Positions 25,155-43,100 of a stretch of DNA of 64,000 nucleotides are shown here, piece by piece. Location of the stretch: assembly GCA_964016885.1 (NCBI GenBank), contig OZ024744.1:52576001-52640000 (forward strand). The letters run 5' to 3'. The position numbers were made by a program, and so were the translations under genes. The notes beneath the pieces are model-generated. The model saw only the letters and a list, made by a program, of their open reading frames with translations, was not told the DNA's origin and did no database searches. How positions within the stretch are numbered: the stretch's first letter is position 1; the number at the start of each line of letters is the position of its first letter. The stretch is from Eledone cirrhosa. Taxonomy: Eukaryota.

Positions 25155-28100
25155 ATGCTTCCTTCTACAGTACAACATAAAACCTCACTACCTTACTATA
25201 TTCTACTGTGTATATTTATACAGTACATCATAAGAACACACTACCCATTACATTACTTCATAGGACAACACAACTTTTAGAGTGTATCATAAAATCACAC
25301 TACCTTCTGCAGTACTTCATAAGATCACACTACGTTCTACAGTACATCATAAGAAAACACTACCTGCTACAGTACATCAGAGGACCACACTACCTTCTAC
25401 AGTACATCATAGGAGCACACTACCTTCGACAGTACACCATAAGACCACATGACCGTCTAGAGTACATCATAAGACCACACTACTTTCTACAGTACATCAT
25501 AAGACTACACTACCTTCTACAGTACAACATAAGACCACACTATCTTCTACAGTAAATCATAAGACCACACTACCTTCTACAGTACATCATAAGACAACAC
25601 TACATTCTACAGTACATCATAAGCCCACACTTCATTCTACAGTACATCATAAGACCAAACAACCTTCTACAGTACATCATAAGACCAAAGTGTTTTCTAA
25701 AGTATATCATTAGAAACCACATTATCTTGTGTAGTACATCATAAGACCACACTGTCTTCTGTAGTATATCAGAAGACCACATTGTCTTCTATAGTACATC
25801 AAAAAACACATTACATTCTACAGTGCATCATAAGACCACACTACCGTCTACAAAATATCATAACCCCACAATAATTTCTACAGTACATCATAAGACCACA
25901 CTGTCTTCTACTGTACACCAAAAGAACAGATTACCTTCTATAGTACATCATAAGCCCCCACTACCTTCTATAGTACATCATAAGACCACACTATCTTCTA
26001 CAGTAGGTCATAAGACCACACTACCATCTACAAAACATCATAAGCCCACAATAATTTCTACAGTACATCATAAGACCACACTACCTCCCACAGTATACTA
26101 TAGGACCACACTACGTTCTACAGTACATCATAGGACCACACTACCTTCTACATTACATCATAAGACGACACTAACTTCTACAGTAATTCATGTGACCACA
26201 CTACCGCCTACATTACATCATAAGACCACACCATTTTCTGCAGCACATCATAAGACCACACTGTCTTCTACAGTACATCAAAAGAACACATTACCTCCTT
26301 CAGTACATCATAAGACAAAACTACTTTCTACAGTACATCATAAGACCACGCTACATCCTACAGTATACCATAGGACCACATTATCTTCTACAGTACATAT
26401 AAGACGAAACTAAGTTCTAAAATACATCATAAGACATCACTATTTTCGAAAGTACACTATAAGACAACACTATCTTCTACAGTACATCATAAGACGACAC
26501 TACCGTCTACAGAAGATAGTAAGACCACACTACTTTCTACAGTACATCATAAGACTAAGTTACCTCCTACAGTATACTATAGGACCACACTACCTTCTGC
26601 AGTACATCATAGGACCACACTAACTTCTACAGTACATAATAAGATCTGACTACCGTCTACAGTACATCATAAGACAACACTACCTTCTACAGTAAATCAT
26701 ATGAGCGCACTACCGTCTAAACTACATCATAGGACCACACTATCTTCTACAGTACATCATAACTTCCCACTACCTTCTACAGTACATCATAAGACCACAC
26801 TATCTTCTACAGTAGGTCATAAGACCACACTACCGTCTACAAAACATCATAAGCCCACAATAATTTCTACAGTACATCATAAGACCACACTACCTTCCAC
26901 AGGATACCTTAGGACAACACTACGTTCCACAGTACATCATAGGACCACACTACATTCTACAGTACATCATAAGACGACACTAACTGCTACAGTACATCAT
27001 AAGACGACACTACCGTCTACAGAAGATAGTAAGACCACACTACATTCTACAGTACATCATAAGACTAAGTTACCTCCTACAGTATACTATAGGACCACAC
27101 TACCTTCTGCAGTACATCATAGGACCACACTAACTTCTACAGTACATAATAAGATCTGACTACCGTCTACAGTACATCATAAGTCCACACTGCCTTCTAC
27201 AGTACATCATAAGACCACACTATCTTCTACAGTAGGTCATAAGACCACACTACTGTCTACAAAACATCATAACCCCACAATAATTTCTACAGTACATCAT
27301 AAGACAACACGGTCTACTGAAGTATATCATAAGACCACACTACTAACTACAGTAGATAATAAGATCACAATACCCTCTACAGTATATAATAGGACCACAC
27401 TACCGTCTACAGTACATCGTAAGACTAAACTATATTCTACAGTACATCATAATACCACATTACCTTCTAGAGTACATCATAAGACCACACTGTCTTCTTC
27501 AGTACATCAAAAGAACACATTACCTTCTATAGTGCATCATAAGCCCACACTACCTTCTACAATACATCATAAGACCACACTATCTTCTACAGTAGGTCAT
27601 AAGAACACACTACCGTCTACAAAACATCATAAGCCCACAATAATTTCTACAGTACATCATAAGACCACACTACATCCTACAGTATAGCATAGGACCACAC
27701 TACGGTACATCTTCTACAGTACATCATAAAACCACACTGTCTTCTACAGTACATCAATCGAAAACATTACCTTCTGCCGTACATCATAAGACCACAGTAC
27801 TTTCTACGGTACATCATAAGACCACACTACCGTCTACAGTACATCATAAGACAACATTACCATATACAGTACATCATAACATCACACTACATTCTACAGT
27901 ACATATAAGACCACACTATCTTCTACAGTACATTATAAGACAACACTGTCTTCTGAAGTATATCATAAGACGACACAACTATCTACAGTAGATAATAAGA
28001 CCACACTACCGTCTACAGTACGTAATAGGGCCGCACTACTTTCTACAGTACATCATAAGAACAAACTACTTTCTACAGTACATCATAAGACCACACTTCC

Positions 28101-31100
28101 TTCTACAGTATACAATAAGACCACACCGCCATCTATAGCACATTATAAGACCAGATTATCTTCTACAGTACACCATACGACCACACTACATTCTACAGCA
28201 TATCATAAACCCACACAACCTTCACAAGAACATCATATAACCAGACTCTCTTCTACAGAACATCATAGGACCACAAAACATCAAAATGCCACACTACCTT
28301 CTGTAGTATATCATAATACCACACTGTCTTCTACAGTATACCGTAGGACTACACTACCTTCTACAGTACATTATAACACCACACGGACATCTACAGTATA
28401 TCATTAGACCACACGTCCTTCTACATTACGTTATGTGACCACACTATCTTCTACAGTACATCATAAGTCTACCCTGTTTTCTACAGTACATCGAAAGATC
28501 ACACTACCTTCTACAGTGCATCCTAGGAGCACACTACCTTCTACAGTACATCATACGTCAACACTACCTTCGACAGTACATCATAAGAGAACACTAACTT
28601 CTACAGTACATAATAAGACTACACTACCTCCTACAGTATACCATAGGATCACACTACCTTCTACAGTCCATCGTAGGACCACACTACCTTCTACAGTACA
28701 TCATAAGACGACACTAACATCTAAAGTACATCATAAGACCACACTACCGTCTACATTACATTATAGGACAACAATATCTTCTACAGTACAGCATAAAACC
28801 ACACTACCTTCTACAGAACATCATATAACCACAGTACCTTCTACAGAACATGAAAGGAACACAATACATTCTACCGTACATCAAAAGACCACATTACATT
28901 CTGTAGTATATCTCTGACCACACTGTCTTCTACATTATAGCGTAAGACTACACTACCTTCTACAGTACATCATAAAAACACACTGACATCTATACTATAT
29001 CATAAGAGCACAGGTCCTTCTACATTACTTTATAAGCCACACTAAAATCTACAGTACATCATAAGACCACACTACCGTCTACATTACATTATATGACAAA
29101 ACTCTCTTCTACAGTACATCATAAGACCACACTGTCTTCTACAGTACATCAAAAGAACACATTACATTCTCTAGTGCATCATAAGACCACACTACCGTCT
29201 ACAGTACATCATAAAACCATATTACCTTCTACAGTATACCATAAGACCACACTACTTTCCATAGTGCATCATAAGTCCACACTACCTTCTACAGAACATC
29301 ATAAGAATACACAGTTTTCTACAGTACTTCATAACACCACACTACCTCCTACAGTGTATCTTACCACCACACTACCTTCTACAGTACATCATAGGACCAC
29401 ACTACCTTCTACATTACATGATAATATCACCCTAACTTCTACTGGACATTATAATACTTCCAAACCTTCTACAGTACATCATAAGACCACACTACCTTCT
29501 ACAGTACATGATAAGTCAACGTTACCTTCTACAGTACATCATAAGTCCACACTACCATCCACAGTACATCATAAGATCACATTGTGTTCTACAGTACATC
29601 ATAAGACCACACAACCTTCTACAGTACATCATAAGAACACACTACCTTCTACAGTAAAGCATATGACCACACTACCGTCTAAACTACATCATAGGACCAC
29701 ACTATCTTCTACAGTACATCGTAACTTCACACTACCTTCTACAGTACATCATCAGACCACACTTACCTCTAGAGTACATCATAATACAACACTACCTTCT
29801 ACAGTACATCATAAGGCCGCATTACCTACTAGAGTATATCATAATACCACACTATCTTCTACAGTACATGATAAGACAACACTGTCTTCTGAAGTATATC
29901 ATAAGACCGCACTACTATATACAGTAGATAATAAGACCACACTACCGCCTACAGTACGTAATAGGAATGCACTACCTTCTACAGTACTTCATGAGAACAA
30001 ACTACTTTCTACAGTACATCATAAGAGCACACTACCTTCTACAGTACATCATAAGACAACACTACCTTCTACAGTAAATCATATGACCGCACTACCGTTT
30101 AAACTACATCATAGGACCACACTACCTTCTACAGTACATCATAACTTCACACTACCTTCTACAGTACATCATAAGACCACACTATCTTCTACAGTAGGTC
30201 ATAAAACCACACTACCGTCTACTAAACATCATAAGCCCACAATAATTTCTAAAGTACATCATAAGACCACACTACCTCCCACAGGATACCTTAGGACAAC
30301 ACTACGTTCCACAGTACATCATAGGACCACACTATCTTCTACAGTACATCATAACTTCACACTACCTTCTACAGTACATTATCAGACCACACTAACCTCT
30401 AGAGTACATCATAATACAACACTACCTTCTACAGTACATCATAAGGCCGCTATACCTACTAGAGTATATCATAATACCACACTATCTTCTAGAGTACATC
30501 ATAAGACAACACTGTCTTCTGAAGTATATCGTAAGACCGCACTACTATATACAGTAGATAATAAGACCACACTACAGTCTACAGTACGTAATAGGAATGC
30601 ACTACCTTCTACAGTACTGCATAAGAACAAACTACTTTCTACAGTATACCATAAAACCACACCGCCATCTACAGTACATTATAAGACCAGACTATCTTCT
30701 ATAGTACATCATCAGAACGCACTTCCTTCTACAGTAAAGCATATGACCACACTACCGTCTAAACTACATCATATGACCACACTAACCTCTAGAGTACATC
30801 ATAACTTCACACTACCTTCTACAGTACATCATAATGCCACAATACCTACTAGAGTATATCATAATACCACACTATCTTCTACAGTATATCATAAGACAAC
30901 ACTGTCTTCTGAAGTATATCATAAGACGGCACTACTATATACAGTAGATAATAAGACCAAACTACCTTCTACAGTACATTATAAGACCACACTACATTCT
31001 ACAGTATACCATAAGACCACACTACCTTCATGTGGTACATAAAATCATCCTTCTACAGTACATTATAAACACCACACTATCTTCTATAGTACACCATAAG

Positions 31101-34100
31101 ACAACACTACCTCCTACAGCATATCATAATACCACACTACCTTCATGTGGTACAGAAAATCATATAAACACACTATCTTCTACAGAACATCATAGGACCA
31201 CAATACATTCTACAGTACATCATAAATCCACACTAACTTCTACAGTACAAAATAAGACAACGCTGCCGTCCACAGTATTTTATAGGACCACACTACATTC
31301 TACAGTACATCATAAGTCAAAACTACATTCTGCAGTACCTCATAAGACCACACTATCTTCTTCAGTACATCATAGAACCACACTGTCTTCTACAGTACAT
31401 CATAAGACAACACTACCTACTACAGTATATTATGAGACCACAATATATTCTAGAGTACATACTAAAATCACACTACCCTCTAGAGTACATCATAATACAA
31501 CACTTCTGTCTACATTACATCATAAGACCACATCCTCTTCTACAGTACATCATAACATCACACTATCTTCTACAGTACATCATAAGGCCACACTATCTTC
31601 TACAGTACATCAAAAGAACACATTACCTTCTGCAGTACATCATAAGTCCACACTACCTTCTACAGTACATCATAAGACCACACTACCACTTACAGTAGAG
31701 CATATGACCACACTACCGTCTACATTACATATTAGGACCACACTATCTTATACAGTACATCATAACATCACACTACCTTCTACAGTACAGAATAAGACCA
31801 TATTATCTTCTACAGTACATCATAAGAATACACTAATTTCTACAGTACATCATAAGATGCCACTAAAATCTACAGTACCTACTAGAGTATATAATAATAC
31901 CACACTATCTTCTACAGTATATCATAAGACCACACTACCGTCTACATTACATTATAGGACAACACTATCTTTTACACTGCATCATAAGACCACATTGTCT
32001 TATACAGTACATCGAAAGAACACATTACGTTCTATAGAGCATCATAAAACCACACTACCTTCTACTGTACATCATAAGACCACACTTCAGTCTACAGTAC
32101 ATCACAAAACCATACTTCCTTCTACAGTATAACATAAGACCACACTATTTTCCACAGTGCATAATTAGTCCACACTACTTCTACAGTACATCATAACAAT
32201 ACAAAGTTTTCAACTGTATATCATAACACCGCACTACCTTCTACAGTATACCATAGGACTACACTACCACCTACTGTCCATCATACGACCACACTGCCTT
32301 CTACATCGCATGATAATATCACACTACCTTCTACAGTACATCATAAGTCCACACTACCATCTACAGTACATTATAAGACCACATTGTCTTCTATAGTACA
32401 TCATAAGACCAGACTACCTTATACAGTACATCATAGGGCCACACTATCTTCTACAGTACATCATAAGACCACACTACCTTCTACAGTACATCATAATACA
32501 ACAATATATTCTACAGCACATCATAAGACCACACTATGCTCTAGAGTACATCATAATAGAACACTACCTTCTACATTACATCATAATACAACATAACCTA
32601 CTACAGTACGTCATAATACCACACTATCTTCTACAGTACATCATAAGACAACACTGTCTTCTGAAGTATATCATAAAACCACACTACCATCTACAGAAGA
32701 TAATAATACCACACTACCTTCTACAGTACATCATAAAACCAAACTACTTTCTACAGTATATCATAAGACCACACAGCCTTCTACAGTATACCATAAGACC
32801 ACACCGTCTTCTACAGTACATTATAAACACCACACTATCTTCTACAGCACACCATAAGACCACACTACATTCTGCAGCATATAATATTACCACACCACCT
32901 TGTACAGAAAATCATATAACCACACTATCTTCTACAGAACATCATAGGACCACAATACATTCTATCGTACATCATAAGACCACATTATCTCCTGTAGTAA
33001 ATCATACGACCACACTCTCTTCTGCAGTATACCATACGACTACACTACCTTCTATAGTAGATCATAAGACCACACAACATTCTACAGTACATCATATTAC
33101 CACACTATCTTCTACAGTAAATAATAAGACAACACTACATTTTAAAGTAAAACATAAGACCACACTATATTCTAGAGTACATCATAAGACTAAACTAACG
33201 TCTACAGTACATCATAAATCCACACTAACTTCTACAGTACATCATAAGAACACACTACCTTCTACAGTACAGCATAAGACAACACTGTCTTCTGCAGTAC
33301 ATCATAAGCCCACACTACCTACTACAGTACATCATAAGATCACAATATATTCTAGAGTACAGACTAAAATCACCTCTAAAGTACATTAAAGTACATTAAA
33401 TCATAAATCACACCATCTTCTACATACATCATAAGACCACACTGTGTTCTACAGTACATCATAAGACCACACTACCTTCGACAAAGCATCATAAGACCAC
33501 ATGACATTCTACAGTATATCATAAGACCACACTTGCATATACAGTATATCATAAGACCACATTGTCTTCTATAGTACATCATAAGGCCACGCTATCTTCT
33601 ACAGTACATCATAAGACCACACTACCTTCTACAGTAAAGCATATGACCACACTACCGTCTACAGTCCATCATAGGACCACGCTATATTCTACAGTACATC
33701 ATAAGACCACACTATCTTCTGGAGTACATCGAAAGAACACATTACCTTCTACAGTACATCGTAAGACGACACTAACTACTAAAGTACATCATAGGACCAC
33801 ACTACCGTCTACAGTACATCATAAGACCACACTACCGTCTACACTACATCATAGGACCAGACTATCGTCTACAGTACATCATAACATCACACTACCTTCT
33901 ACATTACAACAGAAGACCACACTACCTTCTAGAGTACATCATAAGACGACACTAAGATCTGCAGTACATCATAAGACCACACTGTCTTCTACAGTACATC
34001 AAAAGAACAGATTACCTTCTATAGTGCATCATAAGACCACACTACCTTCTAATGTACATCATAAGACCACACTACCCTCTACAGTACATCAGAAAACGAT

Positions 34101-37100
34101 ACTACCTTCTACAGTATACCATAAGACCACACTACTTTACACAGTGCATCATAAGTCCACTCTACCTTCTACAGTACATCATAAGAATACACAGTCTTCT
34201 GCAGTACATCATAACACCACACTACCTTCTACAATATACCATAAAACCACACTACCTTCTACAGTCCATCACAAGAGCACACTACCTTCTACATTACATG
34301 ATAATATCACACTATCTTCTACAGAACTTCATAATACTTCACTACCTTCTACAGTACATCATAAGACCACTCTAACTTCTACAGCACATCATAAGTCAAC
34401 ACTACCATCTAGAGTACATCATAAGACGACATTGTCGTCTACAGTACATTCTACAGAACATCATAATCCCACACTACCTTCTAGAGTACATCATAAGACC
34501 ACAGCATTTCTACAGTACCTCATAAGACCAAACTTCCTTCTACACTATATCATAAGTCCACACTACATTCTACACTACATCATAAGACCACACTGTCTTC
34601 TACAGTACATCATAAGACCACACTACCTTCTACAGTACATCATAGCACCACACTGCGTTCTACAGTACATCATAAGACCACACTACATTCTACAGTATAC
34701 CACAAGTCCACACTATGTTCTACAGTACATCATAAGACCACACACTCTTCTATCGTTCATCATAAGGCCTCAATACTTTCTACATTACACCATAAGAAGG
34801 CACTACATTCTACAGTACATCATAGTTCACACTACCTTCTACAGTACAACTTAGTAGCACACTACATTCTTCAGTACATCATAAGACTACACTGTCTTCT
34901 ACACTACATCATAAGACGTCACTACCTTCTACAGTACATCATAGTTAAAACATCCTTCTACAGTGCATCATCGTACCACACTACCTTCTAGTGTATACCA
35001 TAAGTGCACACTACCTTCTACAGTATATCGTAAGACCACACTACCTTCTACAGGGCATCATAAGACCACAGTAATTTCTACTGTACATCATAAGACCACA
35101 TTGCCTTCTACAGTACATCATAAGAATACACAGTTTTCTACAGTACATCATAACATCACACTACATTCTACAGTATACCATCGGACCACACTACCTTCTA
35201 CATTCCATCATAATTCAAACACTACCGTCTATATTACATGATAATATCGAACCATCTTCTACAGGACATCGTAATACTTCACTACCTTCTACAGTACATC
35301 ATAAGACCACACTACATTCTACAGTACATGATACGTCCATACTACTTTCTACAGTACATCATAAGTCCACACTACGATCTACAGTACATCATAAGACCAC
35401 ATTGTCTTCTACAATACATCATATAACTACACTACCTACTACAGTAGATCATAAGACCACACTACCTTCTACACTACAGCATACGAGCACACTACCGTCT
35501 ACAGTACACCATATAACCACACTATCTTCTACAGAACATCATAGGACCACAATAGGTTCTACCGTAGATCATAAGACCACACTATCTTCTGTAGTATATC
35601 ATACAACCACACAGTCTTCTACCGTATACCATAGGACTAAACTACCTTCAACAGTAGATCATAAGACCACACTACATTCTACAGTACATCATATGAACAA
35701 ACTATCTTCTACTGTACATCATAAGACAGCACTACCGTCTAAAGTATACCATAAGACCACACTATATTGTAGAGTACATCATAGGACTACTCTACATTCT
35801 ACAGTACATCATAAGACAACACTACCGTCTACAGTACCTCATAATACCACCCTACCTTCAACAGTATGCCATAGGACGACAAAACCTTCTACGGTCCATC
35901 ATTAGACCACACTACCTTCTACATTACATGATAATACCACACTATCTTCAAAAGGACATCATAATACTACACTACATTCTACAGTACATCGTAAGAACAC
36001 ACTATATTCTATAGTACATCATAATCCCACAGAACGTTCTAGAGTACATCATAAGACCACACTACATTCTACAGTGTACCATAGGATCACAGTACCCTCC
36101 ACAGTACATCATAAGACCACACTACCGTCTACAGTACATCACTAGGCCATACTACCGTCGACAGTACACAATAAGACCACACTACATTCTATAGTAAATC
36201 ATAAGACCACACTACCTTCTACAGTAGATCATAAGACCACACTACCTTCTACAGTACATCATAATCCGACACTGCCTCATACAGTACACCGTAAGACCAC
36301 AATACCTTCTACAGTACGGCATAAGGCCAAACTACATTCTAGAGTACATGATAAGAACAGACTGCCGTCTACATTACATCATATTACAACACTACCTTCT
36401 ACAGTACATCGTAAGTTAACACTACATTCTACAGTACATCATAATAACATACTACCTTCTACAGTACATCATATTCCCCACTATCTTCTACAGTACATCA
36501 TAAGTCCACACTGTTTTCTGTAGTATATCGTAAGATCACACTACCTTCTACAGTACATCATAAAACCACACTGTCTTCTACAGTACATAATACCTTCAGA
36601 CTACCGCTGAGAGTACACCATAAGACCTCACATTACATTCTATAGTACACCATAAGACCACAATACATTCTACAGTACACCATTAGACGTCACTAACTTC
36701 TACAGTACATCATAGTTCACAATACCTTCTAGAATACAACTTAGTACCACGCTCCCTTCTAGTGTATACCATAAGAGCACACTACATTCTACAGTATATC
36801 ATAAGACCACACTACCTTCTACAGTACATCATAAGGCCACAGTAATTTCTACTGTACATCATAAAACCACACTGCTGTCTACAGTACATCATAAGACTAC
36901 ACAATCTTCTACAGTACACCAATAGACAACACTATCTTCTACAGTACATCATAAGACCACACTACCTTCTACAGTCCATCATAATTCCACCCTACCTTCT
37001 ACATTACATGATAATACCACACTATCTTCAAAAGGACATCATAATACTACACTACTTTCTACAGTACATCATAAGAACACACTACATTCTATAATACATC

Positions 37101-40100
37101 ATAATCATACAGGACATTCTAGAGTACATCATAAGACCACACTACCTTCGACAAAGCATCATAAGACTACATGACATTCTACAGTATATCATAAGACCAC
37201 ACTTTCATATACAGTATATCATAAGACCACATTGTCTTCTATAGTACATCATAAGGCCACGCTATCTTCTACAGTACATCATAAGACCACACTACCGTCT
37301 ACAGTACATCATAAGACCACACTACCGTCTACACTACATCATAGGACCAGACTATCGTCTACAGTACATCAGAAGACTACACAATCTTCTACAGTACACC
37401 ATAAGACAACACTGCCTTCTACAGTACATCATAAGACCACACTACCTTCTACAGTACATCATAAGACCTCATTACATTCTATAGTACACCATAAGACCAC
37501 ACTATCTTCTACAGTACATCATAAGACTACACTGTCTTCTACAGTACATCATAGCACCACACTGCCTTCTACAGTACATCAGAAGACCACACGACATTCT
37601 ACAGTACACCACAAGTCTACGATATGTTCTACAGAACATCATAAGACCGCACACTCTTCTATAGATCATCATAAGGCCACAATACATTCTACAGTACACC
37701 ATAAGACGTCACTAACTTCTACAGTACATCATAGTTCACAATACCTTCTAGAATACAACTTAGTACCACGCTCCCTTCTAGTGTATACCATAAGAGCACA
37801 CTACATTCTACAGTATATCATAAGACCACACTACCTTCTACAGTACATCATAAGGCCAAAGTAATTTCTACTGTACATCATAAAACCACACTGCTGTCTA
37901 CAGTACATCATAAGACTACACAATCTTCTACAGTACACCAATAGACAACACTACCTTCTACAGTACATCATAGGGCCACACTACATTCTACAGTCCATCA
38001 TAATTCCACCCTACCTTCTACATTACATGATAATACCACACTATCTTCAAAAGGACATCATAATCCTACACTACTTTCTAGAGTACATCATAAGAACACA
38101 CTACATTCTATAATACATCATAATCATACAGGACCTTCTAGAGTACATCATAAAACCACTCTACATTGTACAGTGTACCATAGGATCACATTACCCTCTA
38201 CAGTACATCGTAAGACCACACTACCGTCTAGAGTACATCACTAGGCCATACTACCGACGACAGTACACCATAAGACCACACTACATTCTATAGTACATCA
38301 TAAGACCACACTCCCGTCTACAGTACATCATAGGACCACAGTACATTATACAGTACATTATAAGACCACACTACCTTCTACAGTAGATCATAAGACCACA
38401 CTACATTCTACAGTACATCATTATCCGACACTACCTTATACAGTGCACCGTAACACCACAATACATTCTACAGTACGGCATAAGACCACACTACATTCTA
38501 GAGTACATGATAAGAACAGACTGCCGTCTACATTACATCATATTACCACACTACCTTCTACAGTACATCGTAAGTTAACACTACATTCTACAGAACAGCA
38601 TAAGAACAAACTACCTTCTACAGTACATCATAATTCCACACTGTTTTCTGTAGTATATCGTAAGATCACACTACCTTCTACAGTACATAATAAAACCACA
38701 CTGTCTTCTACAGTACATAATACCTTCAGACTAATGCTTAGAGTACACCATAATACCTCACAACTTTCAACAGTATATCATAAGACCACACTACCTTCTA
38801 CAGTACATCGTAAAACCACAATACCTTCTACAGTACACCATAAGACCACACTACCATCTACACTACACCATACGACTACATTACATTCTACAGTACATCA
38901 TAAGGCCACACTGTCTTCTACAGTACATCCTAAGGCCACACTACCTCCTACACTACATCAAAAAGACTACACAATCTTCTACAGTACACCATAAGACAAC
39001 ACTACCTTCTACAGTACATCATAAGACCACACTACCATCTATAGTTCATCATAAGACCACACTACCTTCTACAGTACATCATAAGACCACACTACATTCA
39101 TAGTACACCATAAGACCACACTATATTCTACAGTACATCATAAGACTACACTGTCTTCTACAGTACATCATAGCACCTCACTGCTTTTTACAGTACATCA
39201 TAAGCCCACACTACATTCTACAGTACACCACAAGTGAACGCTATGTCCTACAGTACATCATAAGACCACACACTCTTCTATAGATCATCATAAGGCCACA
39301 ATACATTCTACAGTACACCATAAGACGTCAATAATTTCTACAGTACATCATAGTTCACACTACCTTCTAGAATACAACTTAGTACCACGCTACCTTCTAG
39401 TGTATACCATAAGAGCACACTACATTCTACAGTATATCATAAGACCACACTACCTTCTACAGTACATCATAAGGCCACAGTAATTTCTACTGTACATCAT
39501 AAAACCACACTGTCATCTACAGTACATCATAAGTCTACACAATCTTCTACAGTACATCATAAGACCACACTACCTTCTACAGTCCATCATAATTCTACCC
39601 TACCTTCTACATTACATGATAATGCCACACTATCTTCAAAAGGACATCATAATACTACACTATTTTCTACAGTACATCATAAGAACACACTACATTCTAT
39701 AGTACATCATAATCACACGAACCTTCTAGAGTACATCATAAGACCACACTACATTCTACAGTGTACCATAGGATTACAGTACCCTCTACAGTACACCATA
39801 AGACCACACTACCTTCTACACTACATCACTAGGCCATACTACCGTCGACAGTACACCATAAGACCAGACTACATTCTATAGTACATCATAAGATCACACT
39901 CCCGTCTACAGTACATCATAGGACCACAGTACATTATACAGTTCATTATAAGACCACACTACCTTCTACAGTAGATCATAAGACCACACTACGTTCTACG
40001 GTACATCGTAATCCGACACTACTTTATACAGTGCACCGTAAGACTACAATACATTCTACAGTACAGCATAACACGACACTACATTCTAGAGTACATGATA

Positions 40101-43100
40101 AGACCACACTGCCGTCTACATTACATCATATTACAATACTACCTTCTACAGTACATCATAAATTAATACTACCTTCTACAGTACATGATAAGAACTCACT
40201 ACCTTCTACAGTACATCAATTCCCCACTATCTTCTACAGTACATCATAAGTCCACACTGTTTTCTGTAGTATATCGTAAGATCACACTACCTTCTACAGT
40301 ACATCATAAAACCACACTGTCTTCTACAGTACATCATACGTCCAGACTACCGCTTACAGTACACCATAAGACGACAATACCTTCTACACTACATCATAAG
40401 ACCACACTACATTCTACAGTACATCATATGACCAAACTACATTCTACAGTACATCATAAGACCACACTACATTCTAGAGTAAATCATAACACTACACTGT
40501 CTTCTCCAGTACATCATAAGACCACACTACCTTCTACAGTACACCACAAGTCCACACTATCTTCTACAGTACGTCATAAGACCTCACTACCGTCTACAGT
40601 ACATCATAGTACCACACTACATTCTACTGTTTACCATAAGAACACACTACATTCTATAGTATATCATGAGACCACACTACCGTCTACAGTATACCATATA
40701 ATCACACTTCGTTCTACAGTACATCATGAGACGACACCGTCTTCTATAGTACATCATAAGACACCAATACATTCTACAGTACACCACAAGACCACACTAC
40801 CTTCTACAGTACATCATAGGACCACTCTACCATCTACAGTACATAATAGTACCACACTACATTCTACTGTTTACCATAAGAACACACTACATTCTATAGT
40901 GTATCATGAGACCACACTACCGTCTACAGTACATCATAATACCCCACTACCGTCTACAGTAACCATAATACCACACAACCTTATATAGTACATAATAAGA
41001 CCACACTAGCTTCTACAGTACATCATAAGACCACACTACCGTCTACAGTACATCAGAAGACCCACTTACCATCTACCGTATACCATAAAATCACACTACC
41101 TTCTACAGTTTATCATACGACCACACTACCTTCTACACTACATCATACTCCAAACTACTTTCTACAGGACATCGTAAGATCACACTCTCTTCTATAGTTC
41201 ATCATAAGACCACAATACATTCTACAGTACACATAAGACCACACTACCTTCTACAGTACATCATAAGAAACAACTACCTTCTACAGTACATTATAGTACC
41301 ACACTACCTTCTACTGTATAACATAACAGCACACTATCTTCTACAGTATATCATAAGCCCACACTACCTTCTACAGTACATCATAAGGCCTTACTAATTT
41401 CGACAGTACACCACAAGTCCACACTACTTTCTACAGTACATCATAAGACCACACTACCTTCTACAGTATAGCATAAGACCACTGTCCCCTCTACAGTACA
41501 TCATGAGACCACACTACCGTCTACAGTACATGAAAAGTCCCCTCCACCGTTTATAGTAACCATAATACCTCACTACCATCTATAGTACATCATAAGACCA
41601 CACTTCCGTCTACAGTACATCATAGGACCACACTAGCTTCTACAATACATCAAAGGACTACACTACCTGCTACAGTACAACATAAGACTACACTGCCTTC
41701 TACAGTATAGCATAATAGCACACTACCTTCTACAGTGCACTATAAGTCCACACTACCTTCTATAGTACACCACAAGTCCACACTATCTGCTACACTACAT
41801 CATAAGACCACACTACATTCTACAGTGTACCATAGGAACACACTACCCTCTATAGTACATCATAAGACCACACTACCGTCTACAATACATCATAGGAGCA
41901 CACTACCTTCTACAGTACATCATAGGACCACACTACATTCTACAGTACATCATAATCCCACAGTACCTTATACAGTACACTGTAAAACAATACCTTCTAT
42001 AGTACGGCATAAGACAACACTGCCTTCTAGTGTACATCATAAGACCACACTACCGTCTACATTACATCATATTACCACACTACCTTCTACAGTACATTAT
42101 AAATCCACACTACCTTCTACAGTACATCATATTGCCCCACTAACTTCTACAGTACATCATCAGTCCACACTGTCTTCTGTAGTATTTCGTAAGACCACAC
42201 TACATTCTACAGTACATCATAAGACGACAGTGTCTTCTGTAGTATAACATAAGGCCAGACTACCTTCTAGAGTAGATCATACGTTTAGACTACCTTCTTG
42301 AGTACATCATACGTTCAGACTACCGCTTACTGTACAACATTACAGTACAACATTACAGTACAACATAAGACCTCACTACTTTCAACAGTATATCATAAGA
42401 ACATCCTAACTTCTACAGTACATCATAAGACCACAATACATTCTACAGTACACCGTAAGACCACAGTATCTTCTACAGTACATCATAAGTCCATACTCTC
42501 TTTTACAGTACGTCATAAAACCACACTACATTCTACAGTACATGGTAAGACGACATCCTCTTCTATAGTACATCATAAGTTCACACTACCTTCTACAATA
42601 CATCATAAGACCACACTACATTCTACAGTAAATCATAAGACCACACTGTCTTTTACAGTACATCATAACACCACACTACCTTCTACAGTACATCATAAGA
42701 CCACACTATTTTCTACCGTACATCATAAGACCTCACTACATTCTACACTACATCATAAGTCCACACTACCTTCTATAGTACATCATAAGACGAAACGACG
42801 TTCTACACTACATCATAGTCCACACTACATTCTACAGTACATCATAAGACCACACTGTCTTCTACAGTACAACACAGGCCCACACTACCTTCTACAGTAC
42901 ACCACAAGTCCACACTATCTTCTACTGTACATCATAAGACCACACTATCTTCTACAGTACATCAAAAGACCACACTATCTTCTACAGTATACCATAAAAT
43001 CACACTACGTTCTACAGTCTTCATAAGAGCACACTACCTTCTACAGTAAATCATGAGGCCAAGCTACCTTCTACAGTACATCATAAGTCCACATTTCATT

